Positions 46,887-56,593 of a stretch of DNA of 64,000 nucleotides are shown piece by piece (position 1 is the first letter of the stretch; the number at the start of each line of letters is the position of its first letter). Under the pieces are notes generated by a model. It saw only the letters and a list, made by a program, of their open reading frames with translations, was not told the origin of the DNA and made no database searches. The stretch is from an uncultured archaeon (GTDB taxonomy: Archaea; Altiarchaeota; Altiarchaeia; IMC4; SCGC-AAA252-I15), in NCBI GenBank assembly GCA_964587725.1, contig CAZPLO010000001.1, positions 16,327 through 80,326 of the forward strand. Reading direction: 5' to 3'. The translations under genes and the position numbers were made by a program.

Positions 46887-47834
46887 ATGCTCATGGACCG
46901 CAGAGCACAAGCGAGTATAGAGTTCATGGTGGTGGTGGGCGTAGTGCTGATGGTGTTCATCATACTCGGGTACGTCGTCTACAGGAATTTCGTGAAAAGC
47001 AATGACCTGAAGATACACATAGACGGCACCCGGGTGGCCAACCACGTGGCCGACAGCATCAACACAGTCAACGTCCTCGGCGACGGCTACAGCACCACCT
47101 CCATGGTCCCTGGCACACTCTACGGAGGCCGCCCGTACACCGTCAACTTCTACGAGAACGAGTCCGCAGTGTATTTGATGGGGAGCGGGTTCTCAACAGG
47201 CAGCGAACTCACCTTCAGCAGCCCGTTGTATACGAGCCAGATAGAATGCCTGCTCCCCGGTTGCGCCTCGGGATGCAACCAGACCGGCGGGGAACAGTGC
47301 CTGCAGGTCAACGACTCCATGACTGTGAAGCTGACGGGGTGGGGTGGAAGTGTGTACTTGAGCCCGAAGTTCAACGTGGAACAGCAGAGCTTGAGGGGGG
47401 ATGTAGTGTCTTATACCTCATACCAGGACCCCGACCCCTTCGCGGCCGAAGGCTTCGTATTGGGCGAGGAAGTGAACTGGAACGTGATGTATGTACATGA
47501 GAACGTCGACGACGGCTCGTTGAGCCTGGTGTTCAGCCTTAACCTGTCGGGGGAGGGGTTTAGGGCCGACGTCGAGGAGGTCTTGGGGGAGCGGGTGGAG
47601 TTCGGGTCGAACGATGACTTGGACGAATTCAACATGGACGTCGTGCCAGGAGCCGACGAGGGCCGGTGGAGTTCCGGCGGAGGGGACGTCGACGGAGGCT
47701 ACGTGAAATACGCCGGCGGATTCAGGGTGTGCGTGCAGCCGGAGACCATGCCGTCCGTGGAGTGGAGGTTCCTCAGCTCCGACGGAAACCACCTGACATT
47801 ATACGATGAGAGAGTATGCGTAACGTATCCGTGA
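46887..47834 (+). CDS. Pilin-like protein, class III signal peptide (315 aa)
   Basis: MLMDRRA|QASIEFMVVVGVVLMVFIILGYV (QASIEF motif); the start abuts the previous stop (TGAATG). Confidence 0.6.
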   Translation: MLMDRRAQASIEFMVVVGVVLMVFIILGYVVYRNFVKSNDLKIHIDGTRVANHVADSINTVNVLGDGYSTTSMVPGTLYGGRPYTVNFYENESAVYLMGSGFSTGSELTFSSPLYTSQIECLLPGCASGCNQTGGEQCLQVNDSMTVKLTGWGGSVYLSPKFNVEQQSLRGDVVSYTSYQDPDPFAAEGFVLGEEVNWNVMYVHENVDDGSLSLVFSLNLSGEGFRADVEEVLGERVEFGSNDDLDEFNMDVVPGADEGRWSSGGGDVDGGYVKYAGGFRVCVQPETMPSVEWRFLSSDGNHLTLYDERVCVTYP

Positions 47835-47836
47835 CG

Positions 47837-50086
47837 ATGAAGAAGGGGCAGATTTTCACGTGGGACATGATATTCGGGATTACGGTATTCCTGGTCGCCC
47901 TGGTGTTGGTGGTTTACCTGTGGGAGGCATCCTACCGTGAGCTCCGTCATGCGGAGGAAGCCTATGGGATGAACTGGCTTGCGGAGACGGTGTCGGAGCA
48001 GCTGGTGCGCACCGGCGGAGAGCCTCATTACTGGATTCCTGAGCAGGTGGTGGCATACGGATTAGCGGAGGTGCGCGGAGGGGAGGTGGCCGTGGATCCC
48101 CATGATCTGCAGATCAAGGTTTCGAGGAAGCCTGTGGAGAGCAGGGTGTTGGACGCGGACAAGATACTGTACCTGATAAAAGCCTTCCAAGAAGACTACG
48201 AGGGAGTCAGGAACAGGATGCTCGGTTCCTCCAGATACGATCTGTATGTGGAGCTGTCGTGCGTCAACCGCAGCGACCTCACCTGCCTGCAGGGATTGCA
48301 CCTGGACAACGTCAACGAACCCGTGCACTGCACAAACACCAGGGTAAGCGTCAGCGGATTCAGGACAGACAGTTACGTGTGGCTGGAGGCCGAGGACGTG
48401 TGGGGCAGCCCATCATCATCATTCTGCCTGAAGGGATGCAGCGGCGGAAACACGAGCAGGATAGATGATGTGGAACCTGTGACAGTGGGCATAGACCCGG
48501 GAAAGTACCAGATATGGGTTCGGGCCTACGAAGACAACAGCGACGCCAAGATAGTGTTGGATGGCGTGGAACACGGGATATATGGCCTCAGGCGACCGGG
48601 CAGCCTGGGGTGGAGCCACGTTGGCGAACAGGATCTCGACAGCGAAGTGGTGATAGGGTTCGCCGACACGGAGGATGGAAACCGGGTGGATGCTGTACTG
48701 CTTTCAACCGAAGGATCCTACACCCCCGGCGTAGAAAACATAGAATTTTACGGCAACCCCAACACCTTCGAATCGTGTATAATTGGAAATCCGAGTGAGG
48801 GAAGCGATACTGTGAGCTCCGCCAAAACCGCGGTGGTTGGCGTGCCCCTGAGCAGGACGGAGTTGCTGGGGGGCGTGCACAGGATACTCGACAAAGTGGT
48901 TGAGGTGAAGGTGGTTGTGTGGGGCGGGGAGGCTCTGCCGCCGCGTGAGATATCCGGGGAGTCGGCGACAACAACGACTACTACCCTGCCTCCAACGGAC
49001 ATAATATGCAGCGGCGGTGAACTGACGGAATACTGCGTAGCCAACTACCCGCCGGCCATAGACGTGACCGGCGTTAAGTTCTCCGGGGGGAACACGCTGT
49101 CGTGCGGAGACAGCAAGGACTTTACGGTGTCGTGGAGGGGCACCCACCTCAGGGACCCCAACTATTTCGCGTTCTACTTAGACAACAGGAGCTTCTTCCT
49201 CGGCGCCTGCAGCAGCTTCGTGGACGAAGGCGACCTCGGCTACCACAATTACAACATGAGCTGCGCCGTGGACGTGCCGGAAGGGCTGGATGTGGTGGAC
49301 GGGCAGCACGAGTTTATCGTAACCGCAGAAGACGAGGACGGATACTGCATGCCCGGTGACGAACGTGCCGACGACCAGGAATCCTACGCCGTCAACATCC
49401 AGAACTGTCTCGGCTACGCCAACCTGCCCTGTTCGCAGACGTACGGCAAGAAGAGTGGGTGCGTGGAGAACGTGAACAGCGTGGACACAGTATACAGGAT
49501 GGAGTCGAACGGTCTGGAGTGCACCAACTACGGCAACACCGCGGACACCTACTGGGGCGGCGGCCACGGAGACAGTGGGACAGTGTACTGGACCTATCTC
49601 CTGGAGGTCGACGGCTCATACGTGTGCCTCGCCACCTGCGAGTCCACGGGGGCGACAGCACACTATAACATGAGCTGCACGTTGAACCTGGGATCCGACT
49701 GCGACGGAAATCCATTAAACATTCCGGACGGACAGTACCGTCTGCTGGTTACCGCGGAAACCCACCCCGAAAACTACTGCAGAGACCCAGAGGCCGCGGA
49801 TGCTGTGGGCTCCGGCACGGTGTCTTGGAGCTGCGAAACCGGAGGGAGTAACGTCTTACTCACGTATTATATAGCCGACGCGTCCGGCGTCGAAGAGGCG
49901 GAACTATACTCTGACGTGTCAGGCAGCTGGGGTTACACCGCGGTTGAACCAGCCCCCACCCATAATGCGGGGGAGAATGCGGTGTTGTTGGTGAACGTGC
50001 CCCCAGGCACCTACCAGTGGAACATCAAACTACAGCCCCTGAGAGGCTTCTTATATGGGGAAAACCAAGTTTTTACTGTGGAGTAA
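47837..50086 (+). CDS. Large pilin-like adhesin (about 749 aa), class III signal peptide, Cys-rich
   Basis: Internal ATG of track ORF 47816..50086. MKKG|QIFTWDMIFGITVFLVALVLVV; many paired Cys, NxS/T sequons, Thr linker (ATTTTTTLPPT). Confidence 0.6.
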   Translation: MKKGQIFTWDMIFGITVFLVALVLVVYLWEASYRELRHAEEAYGMNWLAETVSEQLVRTGGEPHYWIPEQVVAYGLAEVRGGEVAVDPHDLQIKVSRKPVESRVLDADKILYLIKAFQEDYEGVRNRMLGSSRYDLYVELSCVNRSDLTCLQGLHLDNVNEPVHCTNTRVSVSGFRTDSYVWLEAEDVWGSPSSSFCLKGCSGGNTSRIDDVEPVTVGIDPGKYQIWVRAYEDNSDAKIVLDGVEHGIYGLRRPGSLGWSHVGEQDLDSEVVIGFADTEDGNRVDAVLLSTEGSYTPGVENIEFYGNPNTFESCIIGNPSEGSDTVSSAKTAVVGVPLSRTELLGGVHRILDKVVEVKVVVWGGEALPPREISGESATTTTTTLPPTDIICSGGELTEYCVANYPPAIDVTGVKFSGGNTLSCGDSKDFTVSWRGTHLRDPNYFAFYLDNRSFFLGACSSFVDEGDLGYHNYNMSCAVDVPEGLDVVDGQHEFIVTAEDEDGYCMPGDERADDQESYAVNIQNCLGYANLPCSQTYGKKSGCVENVNSVDTVYRMESNGLECTNYGNTADTYWGGGHGDSGTVYWTYLLEVDGSYVCLATCESTGATAHYNMSCTLNLGSDCDGNPLNIPDGQYRLLVTAETHPENYCRDPEAADAVGSGTVSWSCETGGSNVLLTYYIADASGVEEAELYSDVSGSWGYTAVEPAPTHNAGENAVLLVNVPPGTYQWNIKLQPLRGFLYGENQVFTVE

Positions 50087-50087
50087 C

Positions 50088-52196
50088 ATGAGGTGGCAGC
50101 ATATTATGGTGGTGGCGGTTCTTGCTTCCGCGGCCGCGGGGCAGCTGTCGATGCAGGTGGACGAGAGCAGCCAGACCTCCGGCGGCGGAGAATCCGTGGA
50201 ATACGGTTTAACGGTCACCAACGATGGAGCCGCCACACTGTGGGTGGACTTCCAGGCAATCGGTTTAAGCGAGGGTATGTCGGCTGCGATAGTCTACCGG
50301 GGGGGTTTCCTGGCTCCAGGAAACTCAAAAAATGCGATGGTGAAGGTGACGTCGGCCCCGTATGTTCCTGTCGGCTCATATCCCCTGCAGTTGAAGGCGA
50401 TACCGTCTGAGGGAATCCCTGTTGAAGTATCCGTAACATACAACGTGAACTCCACCCCCGTCACCACCACAACACTGTACCCGCCCACAACAACATCTTC
50501 AACCACTACGACACAGCCGACGACGTCGACCACAGTACCAACCAACGAAACCAGCACATCAACCAGCACACCAAGTTCGTCAACAAGTAGCACCTCATCC
50601 AGCACCAGCACGGCACCGTCAACCGCCTCAACCAGCTCATCATCAACCACCACGCCAAGTTCAACAAGCACGGCACCTTCTACCACAACCAGCACCGAAA
50701 CACCCACTACAACCACACTACCTCCAACCACCACGACCATAGTCAACATCACCACCACAACCTCCACAACCCAGCCGACCACCACCACCATACCCTCCTC
50801 CCTCGTGGCGGAGGGGACGGTGTACAGCTGCCCCGGCTCCTGCTACGACACCTACTGGTTCGACTCATCCAGCTTGTGCGGCGGCGCGCAGATAGGGGAC
50901 TGGGTTGGCTTCTACACCGGCGTGGAAACAGGGAACTGCTATCAGATTGCAGACACGTACTGCGACTACTGCTGGGACATATACCCGTGCGTGGATTTAG
51001 GGGTTCCGGTGAGGATAGCCACGAACGACCAGTTCAAGGTCTGGGGGCTGCAGGCCGACTGCCTTAACACGGTTCCGTCAACCACGACAACCACCCTGGC
51101 GCCGACCACAACGACACTGGCCCCCACAACCACTACAGTCACCAACGCCACAACCACCACACAGGCTCCGACCACCACGACCACGCCTTCTGGGCAGATA
51201 CTCCAGGGCACAGTATACAGCTGCTGGGAAGACTGCGCCAACGCAGACTACATAGACTCAACAGCACTCTGCGGGCCGGCGCAAACCGGAGACTACATAG
51301 GCTTCGCCACCGGACCCTCCGCGGGAACATGCGTTGAAATAATAGACCTGTACTGCGACGGATGCTGGAACATCGATTTCAACTGCGTCGGATTCCCCAC
51401 CCCGTTGACCATACAACCAGGAGACACCTTCGAAATATACGCCACACAGACGGAATGCGCAACCAACATGCCATCGACCACAACCACAACATCCACGACA
51501 ACCACCCTGGCGCCGACCACAACCATACCACCAACCACAACCACACGACCAACAGGCATGATACTCCAAGGCACAGTATACAGCTGCCCCGAACCATGCG
51601 ACAACACAGACTACATAGACTCAACAGCACTCTGCGGGCCGGCGCAAACCGGAGACTACATAGGCTTCGCCACCGGACCCTCCGCGGGAACATGCGTTGA
51701 AATAATAGACCTGTACTGCGACGGATGCTGGAACATCGATTTCAACTGCGTCGGATTCCCCACCCCGTTGACCATACAACCAGGAGACACCTTCGAAATA
51801 TACGCCACACAGACGGAATGCGCAACCAACATGCCATCGACCACAACCACAACATCCACGACAACCACCCTGGCGCCGACCACAACCATACCACCAACCA
51901 CAACCACACGACCAACAGGCATGATACTCCAAGGCACAGTATACAGCTGCTGGGAAGACTGCGCCAACGCAGACTACATAGACAGCCCCAGCCTATGTGG
52001 AGGCACCCAGGTAGGAGATTGGGTCGGCTTCTACAACGGCACCGAGGCAGGGAACTGCTACGAAGTAATAGACATATACTGTGACTACTGCTGGGGGGAC
52101 TACCCGTGCATAGGGACCGGCTTGGGAATGCAGCTGACGGAGGGAGACCTCTTCAGGGTGTGGGGGGCGCAGACGGAGTGTGTAAACTCGTTCTGA
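50088..52196 (+). CDS. Secreted modular protein: N-terminal domain + Thr/Ser-rich linkers + four roughly 100-aa Cys-rich (8 Cys) domains (A-B-B-A' arrangement)
   Basis: Internal ATG of the track ORF. Signal peptide MRWQHIMVVAVLASAAAGQ. Four repeats of GTVYSC..C....(Y)(I)DS..LCG..Q.GD..GF..G...G.C.E.ID.YCD.CW.....C........GD.F......TEC, separated by poly-Thr linkers. Repeats 2 and 3 are nearly identical. Confidence 0.65.
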   Translation: MRWQHIMVVAVLASAAAGQLSMQVDESSQTSGGGESVEYGLTVTNDGAATLWVDFQAIGLSEGMSAAIVYRGGFLAPGNSKNAMVKVTSAPYVPVGSYPLQLKAIPSEGIPVEVSVTYNVNSTPVTTTTLYPPTTTSSTTTTQPTTSTTVPTNETSTSTSTPSSSTSSTSSSTSTAPSTASTSSSSTTTPSSTSTAPSTTTSTETPTTTTLPPTTTTIVNITTTTSTTQPTTTTIPSSLVAEGTVYSCPGSCYDTYWFDSSSLCGGAQIGDWVGFYTGVETGNCYQIADTYCDYCWDIYPCVDLGVPVRIATNDQFKVWGLQADCLNTVPSTTTTTLAPTTTTLAPTTTTVTNATTTTQAPTTTTTPSGQILQGTVYSCWEDCANADYIDSTALCGPAQTGDYIGFATGPSAGTCVEIIDLYCDGCWNIDFNCVGFPTPLTIQPGDTFEIYATQTECATNMPSTTTTTSTTTTLAPTTTIPPTTTTRPTGMILQGTVYSCPEPCDNTDYIDSTALCGPAQTGDYIGFATGPSAGTCVEIIDLYCDGCWNIDFNCVGFPTPLTIQPGDTFEIYATQTECATNMPSTTTTTSTTTTLAPTTTIPPTTTTRPTGMILQGTVYSCWEDCANADYIDSPSLCGGTQVGDWVGFYNGTEAGNCYEVIDIYCDYCWGDYPCIGTGLGMQLTEGDLFRVWGAQTECVNSF
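51244..51961 (+). repeat. Perfect tandem duplication, 2 x 363 bp (about 355 bp of identity per copy), inside CDS 50088..52196
   Basis: A long identical DNA string begins around 51244 and again around 51607 (gactacatagactcaacagcactctgcgggccggcgcaaaccggagactacatagg...). The ORF track shows identical antisense ORFs offset by exactly 363 nt (51258..51569 and 51621..51932). Confidence 0.85.
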
Positions 52197-52229
52197 CGGG
52201 TTTTTAGACCCTAGTCTGTATTATAGTAC

Positions 52230-53702
52230 ATGGTCGCGTGGAGGAGGATAGCGTCTGAAACCCCCAGGTATCTGCCATACGCATTACTCGCCGTGATGGT
52301 GCTGGGGCATTTCATAGGGTTCTCCGCGACCGTGTTGAACGAGTTCAACAGGTTCTGGTACGGGAACTTCGACCTCGGCATACCAGACCAGGGCATGTGG
52401 CTGCTGTCGCGGTTCCACAACCCCTACCTGACGACGAGGGGCCTGCATTTGTTCGGAGACCACGCATCCTACATACACCTTCTGGTGGCGCCCCTGTACT
52501 GGATATGGAATGATGTGAAGGCGCTGCTGCTGCTCCACACCGCAGTCCTCGCGATAGGGGCGGTGCCCGTGTACCTGCTGGCTAAAGACAGATTCGGAGA
52601 CCGGTGGACTCCCCTGGTCTTCTCCCTCTCCTACCTGATGCTGCCTGCGCTTCATTACAGCAACCTCGACCAAGGATACCACTACGAGTCGTTCATGGTT
52701 CCGCTGATGCTGTTCGGCCACTGGCTCCTCACCCGCAAAAAAACCCGGCTGTACTACGGCACCGTTTTCCTGTCGCTGATATGTAAGGAGGAGATTGCGT
52801 TGACGTACATACTCTACGGGCTGTACGTGGCGTTGAAGCACGACCGCCGCGCAGGATTGACAACCTCCGTGGTTTCGCTAGTGTACCTGCTGGCAGTGAT
52901 GACTGTGCTGCTGCCGGCGTTCAACCAGGAGGGCGCGTTCTACAGCGGCAGGACACTTGGCTCGTACGGAGACACCATGGGGGAGAAAATAAGAAGCCTC
53001 ACCAACCCCTACTTCATGGAGGACAAAATCAACACCCCCGTGAACAGGAGATACGTGAAGGAGGTGCTGGCGCCCGTAGGCTACCTGCCGGTGTTAGAGC
53101 CGCTGGCGATAGCGTCTTCCGGTTCGCTGTGGCTTAACCTCCTCCAGGACTGGCCGTACGCCCACCATATACAGTACCACTATGTCACACCCATCATACC
53201 GATGATTTACATCGCCCTCATAGCCGGCGTCGGAAGGTTCAAAAATAATCTGTGGCTGAAGCAGGTGCTTTTGTTCACGGTCCTCGCATCCGCCGTGATA
53301 GGAAACTACCTGTACGCGCCCGACCAGAGCAGCCTCCGAGACCCAGGGCGAATGCTGGAGGAGGTTAGGAACTTCGACCGCGTGTCGGACGAGAACAGGG
53401 AGATACTCGAGTTGATGGAGTCCATACCCGACGACGCCTCCGTGTCGGCTTCATACGACTTCGTCAGCCACCTCAGCCACCGCATAACAATCTACATGTT
53501 CCCCAACCCCTTCCGCGTCAACCTCTACGGCATAGACGACAAAGGCGTCCACCCGGACCGGCGTGTCGACTACGTGCTCCTGGACGCCCGCCTCACAGAT
53601 GAGGAGGAAAGGGAACACGGCACCGTCAGCATGGTGAGGGACGAATACGAGCTGGTAGACGGCAGGGGGTACGCGCAGCTGTGGAAGAGAAAAAGTGAAT
53701 AA
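52230..53702 (+). CDS. DUF2079-like polytopic membrane protein (probable GT-C-type glycosyl/lipid transferase)
   Basis: 490 aa, about 11 TM helices, large loop with conserved-looking Asp/His residues (FGDHASYIHLL). The family assignment comes from memory of overall layout. Confidence 0.5.
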   Translation: MVAWRRIASETPRYLPYALLAVMVLGHFIGFSATVLNEFNRFWYGNFDLGIPDQGMWLLSRFHNPYLTTRGLHLFGDHASYIHLLVAPLYWIWNDVKALLLLHTAVLAIGAVPVYLLAKDRFGDRWTPLVFSLSYLMLPALHYSNLDQGYHYESFMVPLMLFGHWLLTRKKTRLYYGTVFLSLICKEEIALTYILYGLYVALKHDRRAGLTTSVVSLVYLLAVMTVLLPAFNQEGAFYSGRTLGSYGDTMGEKIRSLTNPYFMEDKINTPVNRRYVKEVLAPVGYLPVLEPLAIASSGSLWLNLLQDWPYAHHIQYHYVTPIIPMIYIALIAGVGRFKNNLWLKQVLLFTVLASAVIGNYLYAPDQSSLRDPGRMLEEVRNFDRVSDENREILELMESIPDDASVSASYDFVSHLSHRITIYMFPNPFRVNLYGIDDKGVHPDRRVDYVLLDARLTDEEEREHGTVSMVRDEYELVDGRGYAQLWKRKSE

Positions 53703-53750
53703 TTTAAATGAATTATAAAATAGTTTGAAGATAAGTTCAAATAATTTAAA

Positions 53751-54437
53751 ATGCCCGAGTACAGCGTGTTGATTCCCGTATACAACGAGGAGGCGATACT
53801 GGAGGAGAAGCTGAAGCAGCTGGCAGACTACCTTGACGTCTTCAACCCCGACTACGAGGTCATCGTGTGCAGCAACGGCAGCAACGACCGTACGGACGAG
53901 GTAGGAGAGTCGTTGGGGATGCCGAAGGTCAGGTTCGCCGCCATCCCCGACAGGGGTGTGGGCAGGGCCTTCAAAAAAATGGTTCAGGAAGCCGGAAGCG
54001 AAAAAATTATTTCGATGGACGTGGATTTGAGCTCCGACCTCGAGTTCATACCAGAGTGCGTGCGCATGCTAGACGAATACGACGTCGTAGTCGGCTCAAA
54101 ACGGAAGGGGGAGCAGGAGCGGCAGTGGCACCGGACCTTCATAAGCGGCGTGTTCATTTGGATGGTTAAGGTGCTGCTCGGCCTAACATACGGGGACTAC
54201 AGCATCGGCACCAAGGGTTGGCGGCGGAGCAGCATAATAGGGTACGTTGATGGAATAGACCACGGCAGCTCCTACGTGGTGGAACTCATATACTATGTGG
54301 AACGCTCAGGCGGGAAGGTCATCGAGGTGCCCGTGTACTGTTCGGACACCCGGGGCAGCAGATTCAATCTCGTGCACGAGGTGTTCTACAGACTGAAGAA
54401 CCTTTTAAGCTTCTGGCTGCGGCCGAAGACCGTGTAG
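53751..54437 (+). CDS. GT2-family glycosyltransferase (dolichyl-phosphate hexose synthase-like)
   Basis: YSVLIPVYNEE N-terminus and a DxD-like motif (MDVDLSSD); 228 aa; an AT-rich promoter is upstream. The 3' end overlaps the convergent gene by about 50 nt, so one of the two ends is uncertain. Confidence 0.8.
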   Translation: MPEYSVLIPVYNEEAILEEKLKQLADYLDVFNPDYEVIVCSNGSNDRTDEVGESLGMPKVRFAAIPDRGVGRAFKKMVQEAGSEKIISMDVDLSSDLEFIPECVRMLDEYDVVVGSKRKGEQERQWHRTFISGVFIWMVKVLLGLTYGDYSIGTKGWRRSSIIGYVDGIDHGSSYVVELIYYVERSGGKVIEVPVYCSDTRGSRFNLVHEVFYRLKNLLSFWLRPKTV

Positions 54438-56593
54438 AGTATTACGGCGGCCGCGGAGACGGTGAGGAGGATGCCCAGCCAATCCACCGCGGTCTTACTG
54501 TATACCAGCCGCACCCGCTCCTCCGCCGGATAAACCAGCATGAAAGACGGCGACACCAGATAGACCCTGTCCGCGCCCTCCGCCCGCCAGCTCGGATAAT
54601 AGGAGACGCTTATTATGTGGGGTTCGCCCACGCAGTCGGTGGTGAACTCTATCGACTCCGCCTCCACGATTTCCCGGACGCTGCACTCCCTGCCGACGGG
54701 AGCTCCTTCCAGGGTTTCGAGGTCGCCCATCACCGCATCCTCGTAGACGGAGGTGAAGTGCTCACGGTCCACCGAATCCACGGAGTGTTTGAAGGCCACG
54801 GGCGTGTCCAACAGTTCAACGCGCTTGAACCATTGGTAGCTGATGTTCTTCCAGTCCGACGTCTCAAACAATACCGGACGGTTCTCTGGAACAGTCACGT
54901 ACTGCCCGGTGTTGGTGGTGAGCTCCCACACCTCAAACGGGTCCTCCGAGTAGGCGAGCCGCCACTCCGGATGCTCTCTTAAAGCTTTTTTGGCTTTCTC
55001 GCTCCGCGCAACCAGATACTGTGTGTTGAACAGCTTCAGGTGCTCGGTGCCGTTTCCAAGATTGAATGAGGTGCACGGATATATCGCCCAGAAGGGGCAG
55101 CTCTGCTGTTCACTCACCTCCGACTGTATGTAGAATGTGAAGGGGGACGTGTGTATGGACTGCATGTACAGGCCCTCCAGTATGCTGCGGCCCGCGAACA
55201 AAGGTATGCTCTCGAATGCACGCACGGTGCCGGCTGCGTTGTGCTGGTCGCTGTGCTCGAACTTCGCCCTCGGGCTGGCTACGCCGCCCCCCATGAAGTC
55301 GTTCACCGCCTTATACTGCGGCCACAGACTCTTCCTTTCGAACCCTTCGTAGTTCCACCGCACCCAGTGGGGGGTGAATCCGCTGTACTTCCACTCCAGC
55401 AGCTGCGGAACAACCTGGTTGGTGTTGAACTTCACCCCGTCGTCGGAGACCGACACAACAGCCTTGCTGCCGTTCACCCAGTAAACTGTGAGCAGTACTA
55501 CAATCAACGGGACAATCCATTTGGCCTTCAGCGGGCGGATGAGCTGCTGCAGCCCGTATGCGCCGGCGAGCATCAGCGTAACATAAACGAACGGGAGGAA
55601 CCGTATGTCCACCACACCCAGCTTCGAGGCGAGGAAGAAGAACACCAGACCCGACAATATGGAGTAGCCGAGATACCAGACCCTCTTATCCCGGCTGTAC
55701 AGTGAGGTGAAGAAGCCGAACCCCGCCAAAACCACGAACGGCCACAGAATCGGAGGCATCACGTCCTCCGTAATCCGCCAGGGTATGTCGTATGCTGTGG
55801 TGTATTTTATGCGGGCCAGCAGGGGTATAATCCAGAAGCCAGTAAGCATGAACGCGAGCGGATAGGATTTCGCCATGTACAGTATGCGAGATTTCACGTC
55901 GTCCATGTTTTTCCTCAGCAGCAGATAGGTAGTTGACAGCACAGCCCACAACACCGTGTACACGTGGGTCAACGCCACGAACGCCAGCAACACTGAGTTG
56001 TGGAGCACGTATTTCCTGTCTTCCATGCCGCGGTACATGAGGCCGAGGAACAGTATCGTCAGCGACAGGCTTATGCTGTAGCTGAATTCGCCGGCGAGGG
56101 TGCTGGGGATGTTGCCCCCCCACATGCTGTGGGACTCCATGAACAGGAACGGGAGAGAGAATGCGGCCGCCGCAGAGGGTACGGGGAACTTGAACCGCAT
56201 CAGCTTCATGCACGCGTAAGCCGTCAAAGGCAGGGTGAACACCCCCAGCACGGTCACCAGCTTGAACGCTATCTGCAGGGGCATCACATAGCTCATCAGC
56301 GCCATCAACACGAACGGGACCGTGAAGTAGAACTGGAACAACGGCATGCCGCCGTACCATCCCGGCAGCCACCCCATAACATGGCCTTTAGGCAGCAGTT
56401 CGTCGCGTAGGAACTCCGCAGGATAGTAATGTGATGCGGTGTCTCCGCCGGCGGTTATGGTCTCGCTCAACATCACGTCTGGGGTGAATACACTCAGGAG
56501 GAAGCCGTAGACCGCCAGCAACACCACCGCATCAACCACTGACTCCGCGGCGACCTCAACCCTGCGCCCCATGAACTCGAATGTGCGGCTCAT
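54386..56593 (-). CDS. Large polytopic membrane protein (about 735 aa), GT-C-like/YfhO-like candidate
   Basis: Start placed at the internal Met (MSRTFEF...), which gives a 4-nt overlap with the upstream CARDB-like gene. About 13 TM helices, a first loop with a D..SHYY element, a soluble C-terminal domain and a final TM. Confidence 0.5.
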   Translation of the reverse strand: MSRTFEFMGRRVEVAAESVVDAVVLLAVYGFLLSVFTPDVMLSETITAGGDTASHYYPAEFLRDELLPKGHVMGWLPGWYGGMPLFQFYFTVPFVLMALMSYVMPLQIAFKLVTVLGVFTLPLTAYACMKLMRFKFPVPSAAAAFSLPFLFMESHSMWGGNIPSTLAGEFSYSISLSLTILFLGLMYRGMEDRKYVLHNSVLLAFVALTHVYTVLWAVLSTTYLLLRKNMDDVKSRILYMAKSYPLAFMLTGFWIIPLLARIKYTTAYDIPWRITEDVMPPILWPFVVLAGFGFFTSLYSRDKRVWYLGYSILSGLVFFFLASKLGVVDIRFLPFVYVTLMLAGAYGLQQLIRPLKAKWIVPLIVVLLTVYWVNGSKAVVSVSDDGVKFNTNQVVPQLLEWKYSGFTPHWVRWNYEGFERKSLWPQYKAVNDFMGGGVASPRAKFEHSDQHNAAGTVRAFESIPLFAGRSILEGLYMQSIHTSPFTFYIQSEVSEQQSCPFWAIYPCTSFNLGNGTEHLKLFNTQYLVARSEKAKKALREHPEWRLAYSEDPFEVWELTTNTGQYVTVPENRPVLFETSDWKNISYQWFKRVELLDTPVAFKHSVDSVDREHFTSVYEDAVMGDLETLEGAPVGRECSVREIVEAESIEFTTDCVGEPHIISVSYYPSWRAEGADRVYLVSPSFMLVYPAEERVRLVYSKTAVDWLGILLTVSAAAVILYTVFGRSQKLKRFFSL

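Noticed and set aside
50294-50791. 165-aa minus-strand ORF made almost entirely of Val
   Set aside because: It is the antisense reading of the poly-Thr/Ser linker (ACC/ACA codons) of gene 50088..52196, not a real gene.
51258-51932. Pairs of identical minus-strand ORFs (51258..51569 and 51621..51932; 51293..51607 and 51656..51967)
   Set aside because: They are antisense shadows of the 363-bp tandem duplication inside the plus-strand gene, with Cys/Gly/Trp-rich nonsense composition.
51244-51961. Tandem repeat considered as a CRISPR-like or mobile element
   Set aside because: Two in-frame copies of a coding segment that preserve the protein domain structure. It is an intragenic duplication, not spacer-repeat architecture.
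54386-54437. 52-nt convergent overlap between the GT2 gene (+) and the large membrane protein (-)
   Set aside because: Probably real but unresolved. One of the two 3' ends may be shorter than called. It is not treated as evidence of a pseudogene.
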